A stretch of 64,000 bases of DNA from the NCBI RefSeq assembly GCF_009914755.1, contig NC_060928.1; one strand, 5' to 3'. This DNA is from the human T2T-CHM13v2.0 reference genome, Homo sapiens. The notes under the pieces are model-generated. The model saw nothing but the letters and a program-made list of their open reading frames with translations, ran no database searches and was not told the origin of the DNA. The position numbers and the translations under genes are program-made. This document shows, piece by piece, positions 1-13,512 of this stretch. How positions within the stretch are numbered: position 1 is the stretch's first letter; every line of letters starts with the position of its first letter.

Positions 1-34
1 TTTGTTTCTTGAGAAGACCTGAAAGAGGTTTTTG

Positions 35-60
35 GTTTGTTTGTTTGTTTGTTTGTTTTT
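35..60. repeat. (GTTT)n microsatellite
   Basis: About 6 tandem GTTT units read directly. Confidence 0.9.
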
Positions 61-820
61 TATCCTTATGTAGTTCTTATCTTATTGGTAGGCTTTGAAT
101 AGCTATCCTATAAATATTATTGGTTTCATAACATTTTAGGTACTTATTTTTAATTCAATATCTTTGTTATTGAAGCAAGTCAATTTAGATGAGTTGAAGA
201 AAATGGTAATAGTAATGATTTTAAAATTTGCTAATGGTTTTCAGCATACAGCGTACACCCAAAACACTTTTAAAAACATATGGCTTAAAATCTCTACGGG
301 GAAAATGTTTTAATGTCTTTATTCTAAGTGAATACAGTTAAACTTAACAGAAGTAATCATTCTGGCACAAAGACAGAGATGTAGGTTGGCATGAGGACAT
401 GTGAAAAGATTAGCAGGAGATGAAAGTAGTGGAGAGACTGAAAAACACTATAACAATAGTGCATCAAATCATACCCAGTAAGAGCTACACCAACCTTTAA
501 GGAGGAGGAATTGCAAGTTAATGTCAAAAACATAGTGTAATTTTTGTATGTATGTAAAAATTTGTATGTATGTAAAAATTTTATTTACATGTAAATAAAA
601 ATGCATAAAATGTCACAGCATAGTATATATTATTTTCTATAGTATAGATAATTTTACAAATTGTTTTTAACTTTAAAATATTTCATGTTAAAATGTATCT
701 ACTTTGTGTATTTGAAAAGACAGGTACATATGCTTGATGGATCTGTGTGCTAATTACAATCTAGTACCAGGGGCAGCATAGGAGAATACTTTGACTTTGT
801 TTTTTTTTTAATAGAAAGTA

Positions 821-907
821 TTTTTTTAAATTACACTTTAAGTTCTAGGGTACATGTACACAACGAGCAGTTTTGTTACATATGTATACATGTGCCATGT
901 TGGTGTG
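821..907 (-). mobile_element. L1PA extreme 3' end fragment (~87 bp)
   Basis: ACTTTAAGTTCTAGGGTACATGT...GTTACATATGTATACATGTGCCATGTTGGTGTG matches the reverse complement of the primate L1PA 3' UTR terminus, preceded by a T-tract. Confidence 0.85.
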
Positions 908-3021
908 AATATCTTAACTTTTGACTGGATCCTTCTACATTTAGATACTAGAGGAAGCCCAGAGTAGGTCCCTAGAACATGCAGATGCTGATTTGTGAGA
1001 TGCTGCCTTATAAGGCCCATAAACACATACTCACACCAAAATTGTTAAAAAGAGAACAGATGCTTTAAAACAACCATAACAAGAAATCAGTTTCACATTT
1101 TTAATCATTTTAATGGCACTTAAAATGTAGTGTAATGACACAAGTGATATGTAATGATACAGGCCTATACTTCACTATATTCTTTTTTTTAAATTTTCTC
1201 AAGCCCCTGTGTTTTTAAGACCCTTTTGTCACATATATTTCTAAGAAAATAATAGTTTTATTTCAACCACATAATTGGATATTCAAAAAGAAATGTGATC
1301 ATTTCTACACTCAGAGTTTTATGTCCGGGTATTACACAGAAAAATGATAACAACATGTCTTGCCTTGAGAAAAAAAATGCAGAAAGCAAATCATTTTTAT
1401 TTTGATGTTATTCTTGGCAAGCAATATAAAAGTATATGTGTATTTGTATTCAAACGTGAAATATACCAGAAAGAACAAAATCTGATTTCAGAAGTCTTTG
1501 ATTGCTGGTCAAAAAGAATTTTTTTTAAAGGAATGTAACTAGCAGCTATTAATCACTTTCTCAAAATGTAGTGAGATTGTTCCTAGTTTTGTGCGGTTTT
1601 TTTGCATTTTCTCACAAATGTTTATCAAAATCACCCTTTAAAGAACTTTTCAGTTGTATGCCTTAATGAAAATGGCTTCCTTTTCTTATCTATTATTTTA
1701 AAAATAAAAAGCAACAAAAAACTAAATAAATTTTTCTATAATAATCTTTCTATAATAGCTCACAACTGTATTAAATAAATCAAAATAGCTTGTCAAGGGC
1801 TATCGTATTTCACTTGTTACTCTCTATAAACCTTGGAAAGCTTTAAGAGAGAAAACACTGCATTGCATTTATGAGCTCTTTACTAAACATCTGTTCCCTA
1901 ATATTTTATATCAGCCACTGAATTAGCTTCTTGAACTGCAAAAAATGGTAAAAAGTCATGGTTTCTTTACCCAAGGAATTGGCAGTACTTTCACAGTCAA
2001 CTGAGAGGACAGAAACACGAGTCATTACTGTAAAAGAGAAGGAATGCAACATTGGTGTGAATGAAACACAATACAGGAGCATAGTAGAACAGGTTTTAAA
2101 ACATGATATAAAAAGACCTACTTTTAAACAAACTGTATATACCTATACCTACATTTATTCAGGAATATAATCTTTAGTAATAATTTTAATAAGGAACAGT
2201 TATAATTAACTTTATTTCAAAGTTCGTAATCTAGAAAAATATTATTTTAAATGAATAAGGAGAACGCGTTGTATTCATGAGAGAGGATATTTTTTAAGTT
2301 TTCCAGAAATATTGGTATGTTCTCCACATGATCACTGTCATATACAGTCTCAGTGCCATTAAAACTTTGTACCCCAGAAACACTGTTAACTTACATAGCT
2401 GCAACTGAAGGAATCTATATCTATGGATATTTGTTTTATGTTTGAACATGGTACAGATTGTGATATCTAAAATCAGAAGAATTAGCTATAGGTGCATCCT
2501 GTTGTTGTGCAAACAAAACTACAGGTGGCTTATTGGCTGATTTTCCTCATCATATGGCTAATTTACCTAGACCTTTCTTCTAAAACATTGAAAGTTACAA
2601 TATGCCATATGATCATTCACATAGTAAATACCAGTAAAAAAATCCTGTGCCTCTGTTTTGCCAACACTTGCTTTGTAAATGCATTTTTTCCTCAAAATTT
2701 AGATTAAAATGGAATTTTTGATATGACTATCATTTGTAGTTTTTTAATTATATTTCTTCTATTCCCCTGAACACTGTCTAGTATTTAATTACATTAATAT
2801 ATAAAATATCTATCCATTTCAGGGCAAGATAGAGTGATTGTGGAAATTTTGACAGCTTTTCATTTTTATTCCCCTGCACTATTTTTTGAAGGAGCTGGCC
2901 ATGCCTGAATATAGATGAGAAATTGCCCATCATCTCATTGATCCATTCTTTTCATCTTCCTTACTATTTTCGAGCAACATATTTCATAGTGACCAATATT
3001 AATTTTTGATGATTTAAAAGA

Positions 3022-3023
<2 letters not shown>

Positions 3024-3063
<40 letters not shown>
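3024..3063. repeat. (AT)n microsatellite, ~19-20 units
   Basis: Perfect alternating AT run. Confidence 0.95.
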
Positions 3064-3064
<1 letters not shown>

Positions 3065-4104
3065 GTTTTTCTTTAATTTTATTTTTGTAATAATGAGAGT
3101 TTTTTCTTTCTTTTACTTTGATTCTTGGTGACAGTGTTATAAAACAAAGCTATTATTAGAGCAATTAATTTATTCATAGGTAGCTTGTGTAAATATAAAG
3201 TTTCATTCTTTCATAAAAATATATTGTTAAACATAGAACAAATAAGTATAGTGTGAGCTTAAGGCGAGGTGAGCTGGTTTGCATAATGCATTTTTTTTGG
3301 CTATGGATTATAGAATTTTACACTTATGAGAGTTTGAATAACCTACAAGTCACAGTGTCTATGTTTTTCATAAGATGGTGTTTGAGGTAATAAAATCCTC
3401 CCTACAAACTGAGTGTTAGAAGTCTGATCGATATTCACTTAACAAGAAAAATGCCCACATATTATTAGCATCTCTTGTGACATCACTTGTTACTGAGCTG
3501 TAAGCTACATAAGGTAGTTTATAATCACACAGCTACAAGGTAGCAAAGATATGTGATTAGCCATGAAAATCAGCTTTCTCACCACCAAATGCCACTCTAG
3601 TTATGGAAGGTCACGCAAACAGAACGTCCAGAGTTGATTATCTCAGGCTGGGTAACATATTAATAAACTTGTCAAGGTCAAAACTATGACTGTAACTTAA
3701 AAATAAACCCCATATTTTATTTTTCTGTGTCTAAATGAGATTACTTACTAAAATTTCAAAGTCAGTCTTCCTTAGTTTGACTTCATTTACTTTTTATATA
3801 GTCGTAAAAAAGAAATAAGAAAAACAGAAAGAATAAGAAACAGAGAAAGAAGACAAGGAGACAAAGAAATCCACCAAGCATCTAGCAAGTTTAATGTGCT
3901 ATTAATATTCTCATTTGTTTTTACTTGCAACAACCATCAGCTACTAACAAAGATACAGAAACTTATAAAAACAAACACAACACAATCTATCAACTACAAA
4001 GTAAACTCTATGCTAATACATCACAACCTAAAGAGTAGCACTCTCTTCTATTCACAATTTTCTTCAAAGGATCACAAAATCTTTATTAAAAAGAACAAAA
4101 CCAA

Positions 4105-4700
4105 CCTTCAATTTATTGAATTATTATTATTTTCTAGGGACTACTTTATGTGTGGAAATACAAAAGAAAACAAGATCTGGGGCCTTTTGAGCCCTACATT
4201 CTAGTAAGGAAAATAACAAACTAATAAATTGATAAAAAATTAAATATATTATTTGCTAATGTTGATTAGTGCAATAGAAAAACTAAGAGAATATAGATAG
4301 GAAAAATGACAAGGGGAGGCAGGGGTTGCAATTATATTTAAGATGATCAGAAACCTCATGTACTTTCACTGCTATGGTGACATTTGTACCAAGACTGAAA
4401 GAAGAGAAGCAAGCAATCCTTGAAAATCTTTGGGGCCAGAGTATTTTTGTGAATACAAAAGCTTGAGCCAGGCCTGGAAAAAACTTGGCTCCCTCTAGGA
4501 ACAGCAGCAACCTTGTGTGTTAGGAGTGAAATAGCCACAGAGGGAGCTTGGTGAGGAGTTCAGGAAGGTAAGGAACAGGAAGTTTGTGTAGGACTTTACT
4601 TCCCTCTCTAACAACCCAGGCTTTATGTGTGTAGAGATACATTCTGAATAACAATCAAAAAACATTCTGAGAGATTCAAGACCAATGGTTACTTAAGCTG
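4105..4700 (-). mobile_element. L2 LINE 3' relic (degenerate)
   Basis: Purine-rich sequence resembling antisense L2 (TACATTCTAG..., GTGACATTTG..AAGACTGAAAG, GGAACAGCAG). Boundaries approximate. Confidence 0.55.
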
Positions 4701-6654
4701 ACATCTCATTGTTTAAAGTGGTCATAGCAGCTGGCATTGACTAGTCATTTAATCTAATAATGTTATTGGATTAATCATGTTTCAGTGCTCAGAAAAAATG
4801 ACTGCCACTTATCAATGGCCTTTTGATAATTTTATCTAACCTTACCAAAAAAAAGAGGGAGAGAGAAAACTTTTTACTTTAAAATATGAAAAAAGTATGA
4901 GTAGTTGTCTGTATTCTCTAATTTATATTTCAACACTGTTGCAAAAAAACTTGTTCCAGATAAGCTTTTAATGAAGATGAATTTATTTCTATAACTACTT
5001 GTGGTTGTACACATGGCTTCAACTTTCCTGGCTTCTATTTTTTTTTTTTACTTCTTATCTGTAAAACGATACAGTTGAAGTAGAAGATTTATAAGTTTCT
5101 TTTTATGCTTTAAAATATTAGGATTTTAAAAAGAAAATTATATTTTAAGATAGCACACATATTACAGAATGTGTTTAAAAGGGCAGAGCAGATTACTAAT
5201 TTTCTGTAAAACTAATATAAATATTATATACTCATGTATGAATATGGAGTGAAAATAAAAGAAACATATGAAGCATACAGAAAACCTTTTTTCTTCTTTC
5301 TTTTTAAATCACCAGTGAGGAGAGTGCTTTCAGCTACTTTCAATTTGAAACCGTTTATTTCAAGCAACCAAAGAGCTATGCTGCCACCTACTGACCATAT
5401 GATTAGCATCCATAAGCCTGCAATTCCTTAGAAAGGAAGAGTGATAAATATTTAGAGTCCTCACTTTCAAAAATCAGGATTATGAAATGTCTATTCATTT
5501 AAAAGAATGCCTTAGTGAAATACCATTTAGATTACTGTATTTATTGTAAACCACAACAACACTATTTTTCAGCTGGTCTTTGTTGATAATGCAATGCACT
5601 TCTCATGGCCTTTCTAGGAGGAAAATATCACTGGTATTTTGATCAATGTTCCAGTATGATTTCACAGTAACAGAAATAATGTATTTTTTTCGATTCCTAG
5701 AAATAAAAGCATTTAGTTTTAGAAGCCAACATATAAACTACCTTTAAAAAGGAAAAATTCCAAAGTTAGCCTTGGTGAATGACTAGCTATATTAAAAGTA
5801 AGTCACGTAAGAGCTAATAATACACTGGTAGTTTGAGCACTGGTGTTGCTTAAAAAGCTTGACACTTACAGCCCTTTCATTTAGAAACATTAGCACCTAA
5901 ATATTTTACACAGCTGTCAAGAAAGTAGCCTTTTGCTTATCCCATAAGGCTTTCTTTTTTTTTCCAGAAAAGTCATAGCAGTGTGTGCAGTTTTAGGTGT
6001 TTTCTTGCTATTATACACTAGTAGTGAATCATGTTGATGAAGTGATGCAGTGTAATCCCCACCTTGTTAATTGTGTGATAATGCAGTCCTTTGACATGAT
6101 TCTTATCCTTTCAAAAGTTGTCACATTCAAAACAAGCACTTTTTTAAAACAAATAAAAACTCTTAGTTTTGATAAGGCAATAGAAAACACAAAGAATGAG
6201 AGAAAAATAGTGAATCAGGCCTTTAAGACATTTAAACTAGAGTAATTTGTATTCCGGGCTTGGTTCCAAAATTAAGATCTTGATGTGTGTGCTTTCTGAC
6301 TTTGATTTGAAACACAAATTGTAGAAATTGGAAAGGGAAAGGGTGCCTCACATAATTTCGATGCCTGCTTTCTGAGCAAAGCCACTCTGAGAGAGCCTGA
6401 GTGCTTTGAACAACCTAGCTTTAATGTTTCCACCCCTGAATCCTTAATCAAATAGATTGCCTCATCAGAAAGATTTTTTGGAACACTAGCTTAAACTTTA
6501 ATTTTCCTTTAACAAAGCAAACTCCCACATTTTTCCAAAATATGTATCATGCTCTGCATGATAGTTAAACCTTTGGTAAGAATTACATCACTTCTCATTT
6601 TATGTTACTATATACAGATATCTTTTCTTATTCATTTCTCTTTTTCATGGTTCG

Positions 6655-6690
6655 TTCTTTTCTTTCTTTCTTCTTTCTTTCTTTCTTTCT
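6655..6690. repeat. (TTTC)n simple repeat
   Basis: Tandem TTTC units read directly. Confidence 0.85.
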
Positions 6691-7647
6691 CATTATCTCT
6701 TCTTCTGTGTTCTCTTAAATTTCTTTTTGTATATATCCATATTCTAAGAAATCAAACCACCAAATATACAGAAGCAAATGGTTACCTTTCTTCATTTTTA
6801 TATTCAACAACATTGATTAAAACCCATGGAATACGTCTTACAACTTAAACATCATTTTAAACCTAGTATTTTAAAAATAATTTTATCTGTGTTTGAGGGC
6901 TAGAGGACATTTGAATAGCACCTTTAGCATCCTTATCTTTTATTCTGTCTCTGAATTTTCCCTGAACTATAGGGAAAAGATTCTTTTCCAAATATGTTCT
7001 GGTTATGACTCAGAAAACAAAATGTGGATTATCCAAATAACATGTTTTTTAGTTTTTTTATTAACTGGAAGGTGTATGTCTTTAACATTATTGTGACTTT
7101 AAGAAAACAATTACATTATTCAAATGCTCATGTAATTATTGAAATTAATCTAATATAATATGTTTTTCATTTTTACAGACTCCAAAAATATTTTATTGCA
7201 TCTATAATATACCATTAATTTTGAGTACCATAATTAATTTAACTTTTATTTATATATTACTAGAAATATTATGGATATATTATAATATAAAGTATTTTAT
7301 GCATTTTAATTGATTTCATAGGCTAGATCTTCATAAAAGGGATCACTGATTTAAAAGATATTTGACATTTACGATTTTGGTAATTTTTCCAAAATTTAGG
7401 TTAAATCATCATGTACCAAGCAAAACACTTGGGTTCTGTCGTTGCTAAATAAAGAACCCAGGAGGGGCTAATTAGCCACTTTATATAAAGTAAAAGTCAC
7501 ACCTCTAGAGCAGCTTTTAGGGTAGCTGTGTTAGCCAAGGAGGTGTTTCTCTTTGGAGGCTTCTGTTAGCTCATAAATCTACAGCTTGAGGAGGAAAGTT
7601 TTTCAGCCCTTTTTTCTGGAAGGGTAGAGATATCCCTGAACTATATG

Positions 7648-8441
7648 TGGTATTGACTTGGGGGTGCAAGCGCAGGGAAGTGCTGGGTAAAGAAGGGCAA
7701 GGTCCCTGGTGAAGGCTCCACCCTCGGGCCTGTGCCCACGGACCTAAGTGAGTACAGGCACTTCTGTTTTAGCGCCCAAATGTTGCATTTTCCAAGACCA
7801 CTCTGGCCTGCCATACTCCCCATCCTTTGCTTATAAAAACTCTGAGACCCTAGAGGGCACACACAGAGGTGGCTGGATGGCAAGAGGAGCACAGTGGCAG
7901 AAGAACACACCGACAGATGCCGACAGGCCATGGACTGAGGAATGATAGGCACACCCAGGGAAATTCGGCCAAGGGCAGTCAGAGGACAGCCCAGCTGCTG
8001 AATGGCCTGGCTCCAGGGGAAGACCACTTTCCCATTCCATCCCCCTTCTTGCTTTGTATCCATCTTCTGAGAGCCGCTTCCACCACTCAATAAAAAACCT
8101 TGCACCCGTCCACCAAGCTCACGTGTGCTCTGATTTTTCGAGTACACTAAGGAGAGAACCAGGGATACAGAAAGCCCTCTGTCCTTGCAGTAAGGCAGAG
8201 GGTCTAACTGAGCTGATTAACACAAGCTGCCTGTGGACCGCTAAGCTGAAAGAGCGCAATGTAATACACGCCCACTGGGGCTTCAGGAGCTGTAAACACT
8301 CAACCCTGGATGCTGCGCTTCCCATACCTGCCCGTCTGCATGCTCCCCTTAGGAGTTTGAACTGCCAGGCACCAAAGAAGTGAGCCACAACCCCCATCAC
8401 ACGTCCTGTGAGGGGGATAGGAGAAAATGTTTCCCATTTCA
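7648..8441 (+). mobile_element. Solo LTR, LTR1 family (ERV1 class)
   Basis: TG...CA termini (ends TTCCCATTTCA) and an LTR1-like 5' block GCAGGGAAGTGCTGGGTA..GGTCCCTGG..GGCTCCACCCTCGGGCCTGTGCCCACGGACCTAAG. TATAAAA at 7832, AATAAA at 8089. Flanks ATATG/GTATG resemble a TSD. The overlapping ORFs at 7641-8400 are LTR-derived. Confidence 0.85.
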
Positions 8442-9607
8442 GTATGTATAATACAAGCCATATTAAGTAAAAGAATAAAAATATTAGGTTATTTGTTTGG
8501 TTTGTAATCCTATAGACTTCGAATGGGGATTTAAATTTAATCTAAAAGAAAATGAAAGTTTTAAATCTGGTGAGATGTGTAATCTGGGAATAATGATAAC
8601 CTAAAGCCTTGTTGGGTTGAGTTTAGTGCATTTCCTAAATTGGTTGTAGTTCAAATATTGATACATTTGCTATAGGCTTGAATTAAAAAGATTTTAGTCA
8701 GGAATTAAAATACTTTTAATTCCTGACTATAAATATGTATTATACACATATCAGGACATTCTAATTAACTACTGCAAAGCAAAGCAGCAGATAATTGAAT
8801 CAATGTGTGTTGCTTTTTATTAGTTCTATGGTAAAGGAATTACTCAGTTAAGAACTTTGTGTTTTCACAACTGTCACGTAATTGAAGCACATGAAGACCT
8901 AAACAGATACCTCTAATGTTCATCACATTATATATGTGTATTGGATAAACTCTAAAAATTGAATAATATGACTAATGTAGTATAAAGAGAAATAAAACAT
9001 AATCAATGTTTGAAATGTTATAAATATTTTAAATATCATTTAATATATACACAATGATTAAAATTTAATCATTCTATATGTTGGATAATAATATGAGTAT
9101 AGTATCTCCTTCCATTCCACTACCATTATAACACTTTTCACATATCATGTTGTTATAACTTTCATTTGTCATTGTTGATGCAGAACACAAATTGAGAACA
9201 TGAAGTATATGTGACTGTTTGTATACAAATATTCAGAGGAATGAATCAGTTATCAAGGAATCATGTAAAACAAATGAACAAAATGATGTTTAAGGACCAC
9301 AGAAGTTGAGTATGTTTGGTGACCCCTTTGCTTGCTAAATTCAGTTACAAAGCTTTTTCAATATCAAAAAATAAGGTTTTGAGCAGTCAATGGTTTATAA
9401 AATATCACCAGAATGCATTCACCTAATCTTAACCTTTAATACTTCTTTTTTAAGTTTAATGCTTTTGGAAGTTTATTTACATACGTATTTTAAGAATCCG
9501 GAAAGACACTTGGGAGAATTGTAAATGGAAGAGAGACAAGAACACCCACACTTGATGGCACAGAGTTGTTCATGCTTCTATTTCTCCCTATTAAAATAGG
9601 GCTCATC

Positions 9608-9984
<377 letters not shown>

Positions 9985-10143
9985 TCACCTGGTGCATTAA
10001 AGCTACTTATTCCTGTTCACTGAGGCAAGACAAGGTGGGAAGGGAGGAAGGGAGGTGGGGAAAAGGATAAAGGACTGAAGAAATGGTTAAGGGCCCTATG
10101 TAGTTAAGTCAATTTTATTTTCACAATTTTAAGAAAAAAGCTG

Positions 10144-10446
<303 letters not shown>

Positions 10447-11607
10447 TTAGAATATCTACCAGGTGAGATAATTCTTAAACGATAATTTGTAGCCCTAACT
10501 TTCACACACAGTTTTCCAAAGACTAACTTTATCTTGGGTTTAAAGTTACTTCAAATTTCCCAAAGCTATCATACCACTATTGAGTAAAATATGACGAAGA
10601 CAAAATTCCGTTTAAATTATCCTTATTCTTTTAACAAATATAGTTTAATTCTAAGTGAATTAAAGTTCTGATGGCCTGCAAATTTATCAATCTGCTTCTG
10701 GTAGTTATAATCGGGTAAAAATAACCTTCTTTTTTCTATACCGTTTAGTGCCTGCCCTGGGATTGAATTAAAGATGAGTCACTTGTCTGCTTCAACCTTC
10801 TCCAAATGACCCTATGTATCCTTCAATGGAAATCTTCCCAAGAGGTCTCAGTTTTCTCTGTCATTACGTTTATGGAAAACCTCGATGTAAATAATTTGGG
10901 TGAAAATAATAAAGAGATCATTTTCTTTATAGCATAGTAATTATAAAATACAGATGATTAATGGAAGGGATAATTCACATGACACTTGGTCTTAATTTTG
11001 CATTAAGCACAGAAAAAAAAATGGTTTCACAAAGAGAAAAATACCCTCAGGTGATATCTCTAATCTCATTTAGTTATTCAATAGCTGCTGTTGTTAGTAA
11101 AAAGAAAAACTGACAGAGAGTATTTGAGGGCCAAGATTGTCCCAAAATGTGTTAAAAACCCCTCTACTCAAAATAGGTAAGATTGTTTATCCTATTGAGG
11201 AATTGCAAAAAATATAAATAATGTCAACTTTTTCCCTAAGGGAAAATGTCAAAGGCATTGTTTCTTTATCTAGGTTATTGACAATCCAGTTGGAATGATA
11301 GATCACACACATGCACATGGACACAGAAACTTTTTACACTGATACAGCTTCTCAGGGGCATAAGCATTGTAATGTTAGAATTGAGATGCGGAAAGGGGAG
11401 GGAAAGCTGTAAATGAAGATTCTTTCATCCACACCAGCTTCTCAGAGTTCTTGAAATTAAGACTGGAGAGAAAAGTCAGATTACAGTAGCCAAGGATACT
11501 TTTGATGTGGGAAGGAGGAGGAATACAGAGTCCTTGGTGGCTCTACTCCACAAGTCAGCATTGTACTATGTGATGACTTATACAGAATTCCTTTATCTTA
11601 CTGTATT

Positions 11608-12800
11608 ATAAAATTTTATTTTAAGTTCTGGGGTACATGTGTGGGATGTGCAGGTTTGTTACATACATAAATTTGTCCCATGGTGGTTTGCCGCACCTAT
11701 CAAACCATCACCTAGGTATTAAGCCCTGCATGCATTAGCTATTTTTCCTGATGCTCTCTCTCCACCACCCCCACAACCAGCCCCACACACTCCCCCACTA
11801 CCGACAGGCCAGTGTGTGTTGTTCCCCTCCCTGTGTCTATGTGTTCTCATTGTTCAGCTCCCACTTATGAGTGAGAACATGCAGCATTTGGTTTTCTTTC
11901 CCTGTGTTGGTTTGCTGAGGATGATGGCTCTCAGCTTCATCCATGTCTCTGCAAAGGACATGATCTCATTCCTTTTTATGGCTGAGTAGTATTCCATGGT
12001 GTATATGTGCCACATTTTCTTTATCCAGTCTATCATTGATGGGCATTTGGGTTGATTCCATGTCTTTACTATTGTGAATAGTTCTGCAATGAACATATGC
12101 ATGCCTGTATCTTTATAATAAAAAGATTTATATTTCTTTGGGTAAATACCCAGTAACTGGATTGCTGGGTCAAATGGTATTTCTGGTTCTAGGTCTTTGA
12201 GAAATCGCCACACTGTCTTCTACAATGGTTGAACTAATTTACATTCCCAGCAACAATGTAAAAGCATTTATATCTCTCTGCATCTTTACCAGCATCTGTT
12301 GTTTCTTGACTTTTTAATAATTGCCATTCTCATTGGCGTGAAATGATATCTCATTGTGGTTTTGATTTGCATTTCTCTAATGATCAGTGATGCTGAGCTT
12401 TATTTCATACATTTGTTGGCTGCTAAATGTCTTCTTTTGAGAAGTATCTGTTCATGAATTTTGCCCACTTTTTAATGGAGTTATCTGTTTTTTTTCTTGT
12501 ACATTTGTTTAAGTTTCTTACAGGCTCGATATTAGATCTTTGTCACATTGATGGGTTGCAAAAATTTTCTCCCATTCTGTAGGTTGTCTGTTCACTCTTA
12601 TAATAGTTTCTTCTGCTGTGCAGAAGCTCTTTAGTTTAATTAGAGCCCACTTGTCAGTTTTTTTGTTGCAATTGCTTTTGACATTTTCATAATGAAATCT
12701 TTGCCCAGGCCTAGGTCTTGAATGGCATTGCCTAGATTTTCTTCTAGAGTTTTTATAGTCTTGGATTTTACATTTAAGCCTTTAATCCATCAAGAGTTAA
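11608..12800 (-). mobile_element. 5'-truncated L1PA (approx. L1PA8-13), 3' UTR plus ORF2 C-terminal remnant
   Basis: ORF 11854-12213(-) WRFLKDLEPEIPFDPAIQLLGIYPK...WNQPKCPS is the L1 ORF2p C-terminus. Perfect 14-bp TSD TATCTTACTGTATT (11594-11607 / 12801-12814). Confidence 0.95.
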
Positions 12801-13212
12801 TATCTTACTGTATTTAATTTCAGTTGTTTATATTTTACTGAGAAAAAACATAAACGACCTCTAGGCAGATTTTTTATGTAAACATCAGTTGTTAGTAAGT
12901 ATATTTTACAAAAGGAGAAAGGGACTTTTTTTCTAATTAGTTTAAAATAAATTAAATAACTCAAATTATGCCTCCTGTGTTACAGTGAGTGCTTTAAAAA
13001 AGGTCTAGGTGTGCATTATTTTACTCAAAATACTTGGGAAAACTTATGTCACAGCCAAGAAGTTTGAAGCATATTCAACACATTGAACACTAGAGGTTTG
13101 CAGACTCCACTTACTCACTTATTGGGGTTGACTTTCCTTCTAAAATGACTGTGTTTTGTATACTAATGAATGCATTAATCAGAACATATTTGCATATAAC
13201 ATCAATAAGCAA

Positions 13213-13512
13213 TTTTTTTTTTTTTTTGAGACAGGTTCTCACTCTTTCACCCAGGTTAGAGTGTAGTAGTGTGCTCATAGCTCACTGTCATACTGAAGTC
13301 CTGGACTCCTGGGCTCAAGTAGTCCTCCTGTCTCAGCCTCCCAAGTAGTTGAGACTACAGGCATGAGCTAGCATGCCTGGCTAATTAAATTTTTTTTTAG
13401 AAATGTCTTGCTGTGTTGCCCAGGCTAGTCTTGAACTCTTGGCCTTGGGTGATCCACCTGCCTCGGACTCCCAAAGCATTAGTATTACAGGTGTGAGCCA
13501 CAGTGCCCAGCC
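13213..13512 (-). mobile_element. AluJ
   Basis: T-tract then GAGACAGG..TCTCACTCT; J-type CATAGCTCACTG / CTCCTGGGCTCAAG; ends GTGCCCAGCC. Confidence 0.9.

Noticed and set aside
5945-5970. Strong-looking splice acceptor (others at ~7178 and ~16764; donors at ~4568, 11176, 36774)
   Set aside because: Could not be paired into a credible coding exon; frequent by chance in T-rich DNA.
7641-8400. ORFs up to 168 aa on both strands
   Set aside because: Lie inside the LTR1 solo LTR, with no recognisable protein similarity.
11854-12213. 119-aa ORF resembling a real protein
   Set aside because: It is the C-terminal remnant of L1 ORF2p in a truncated L1PA, not a host gene.
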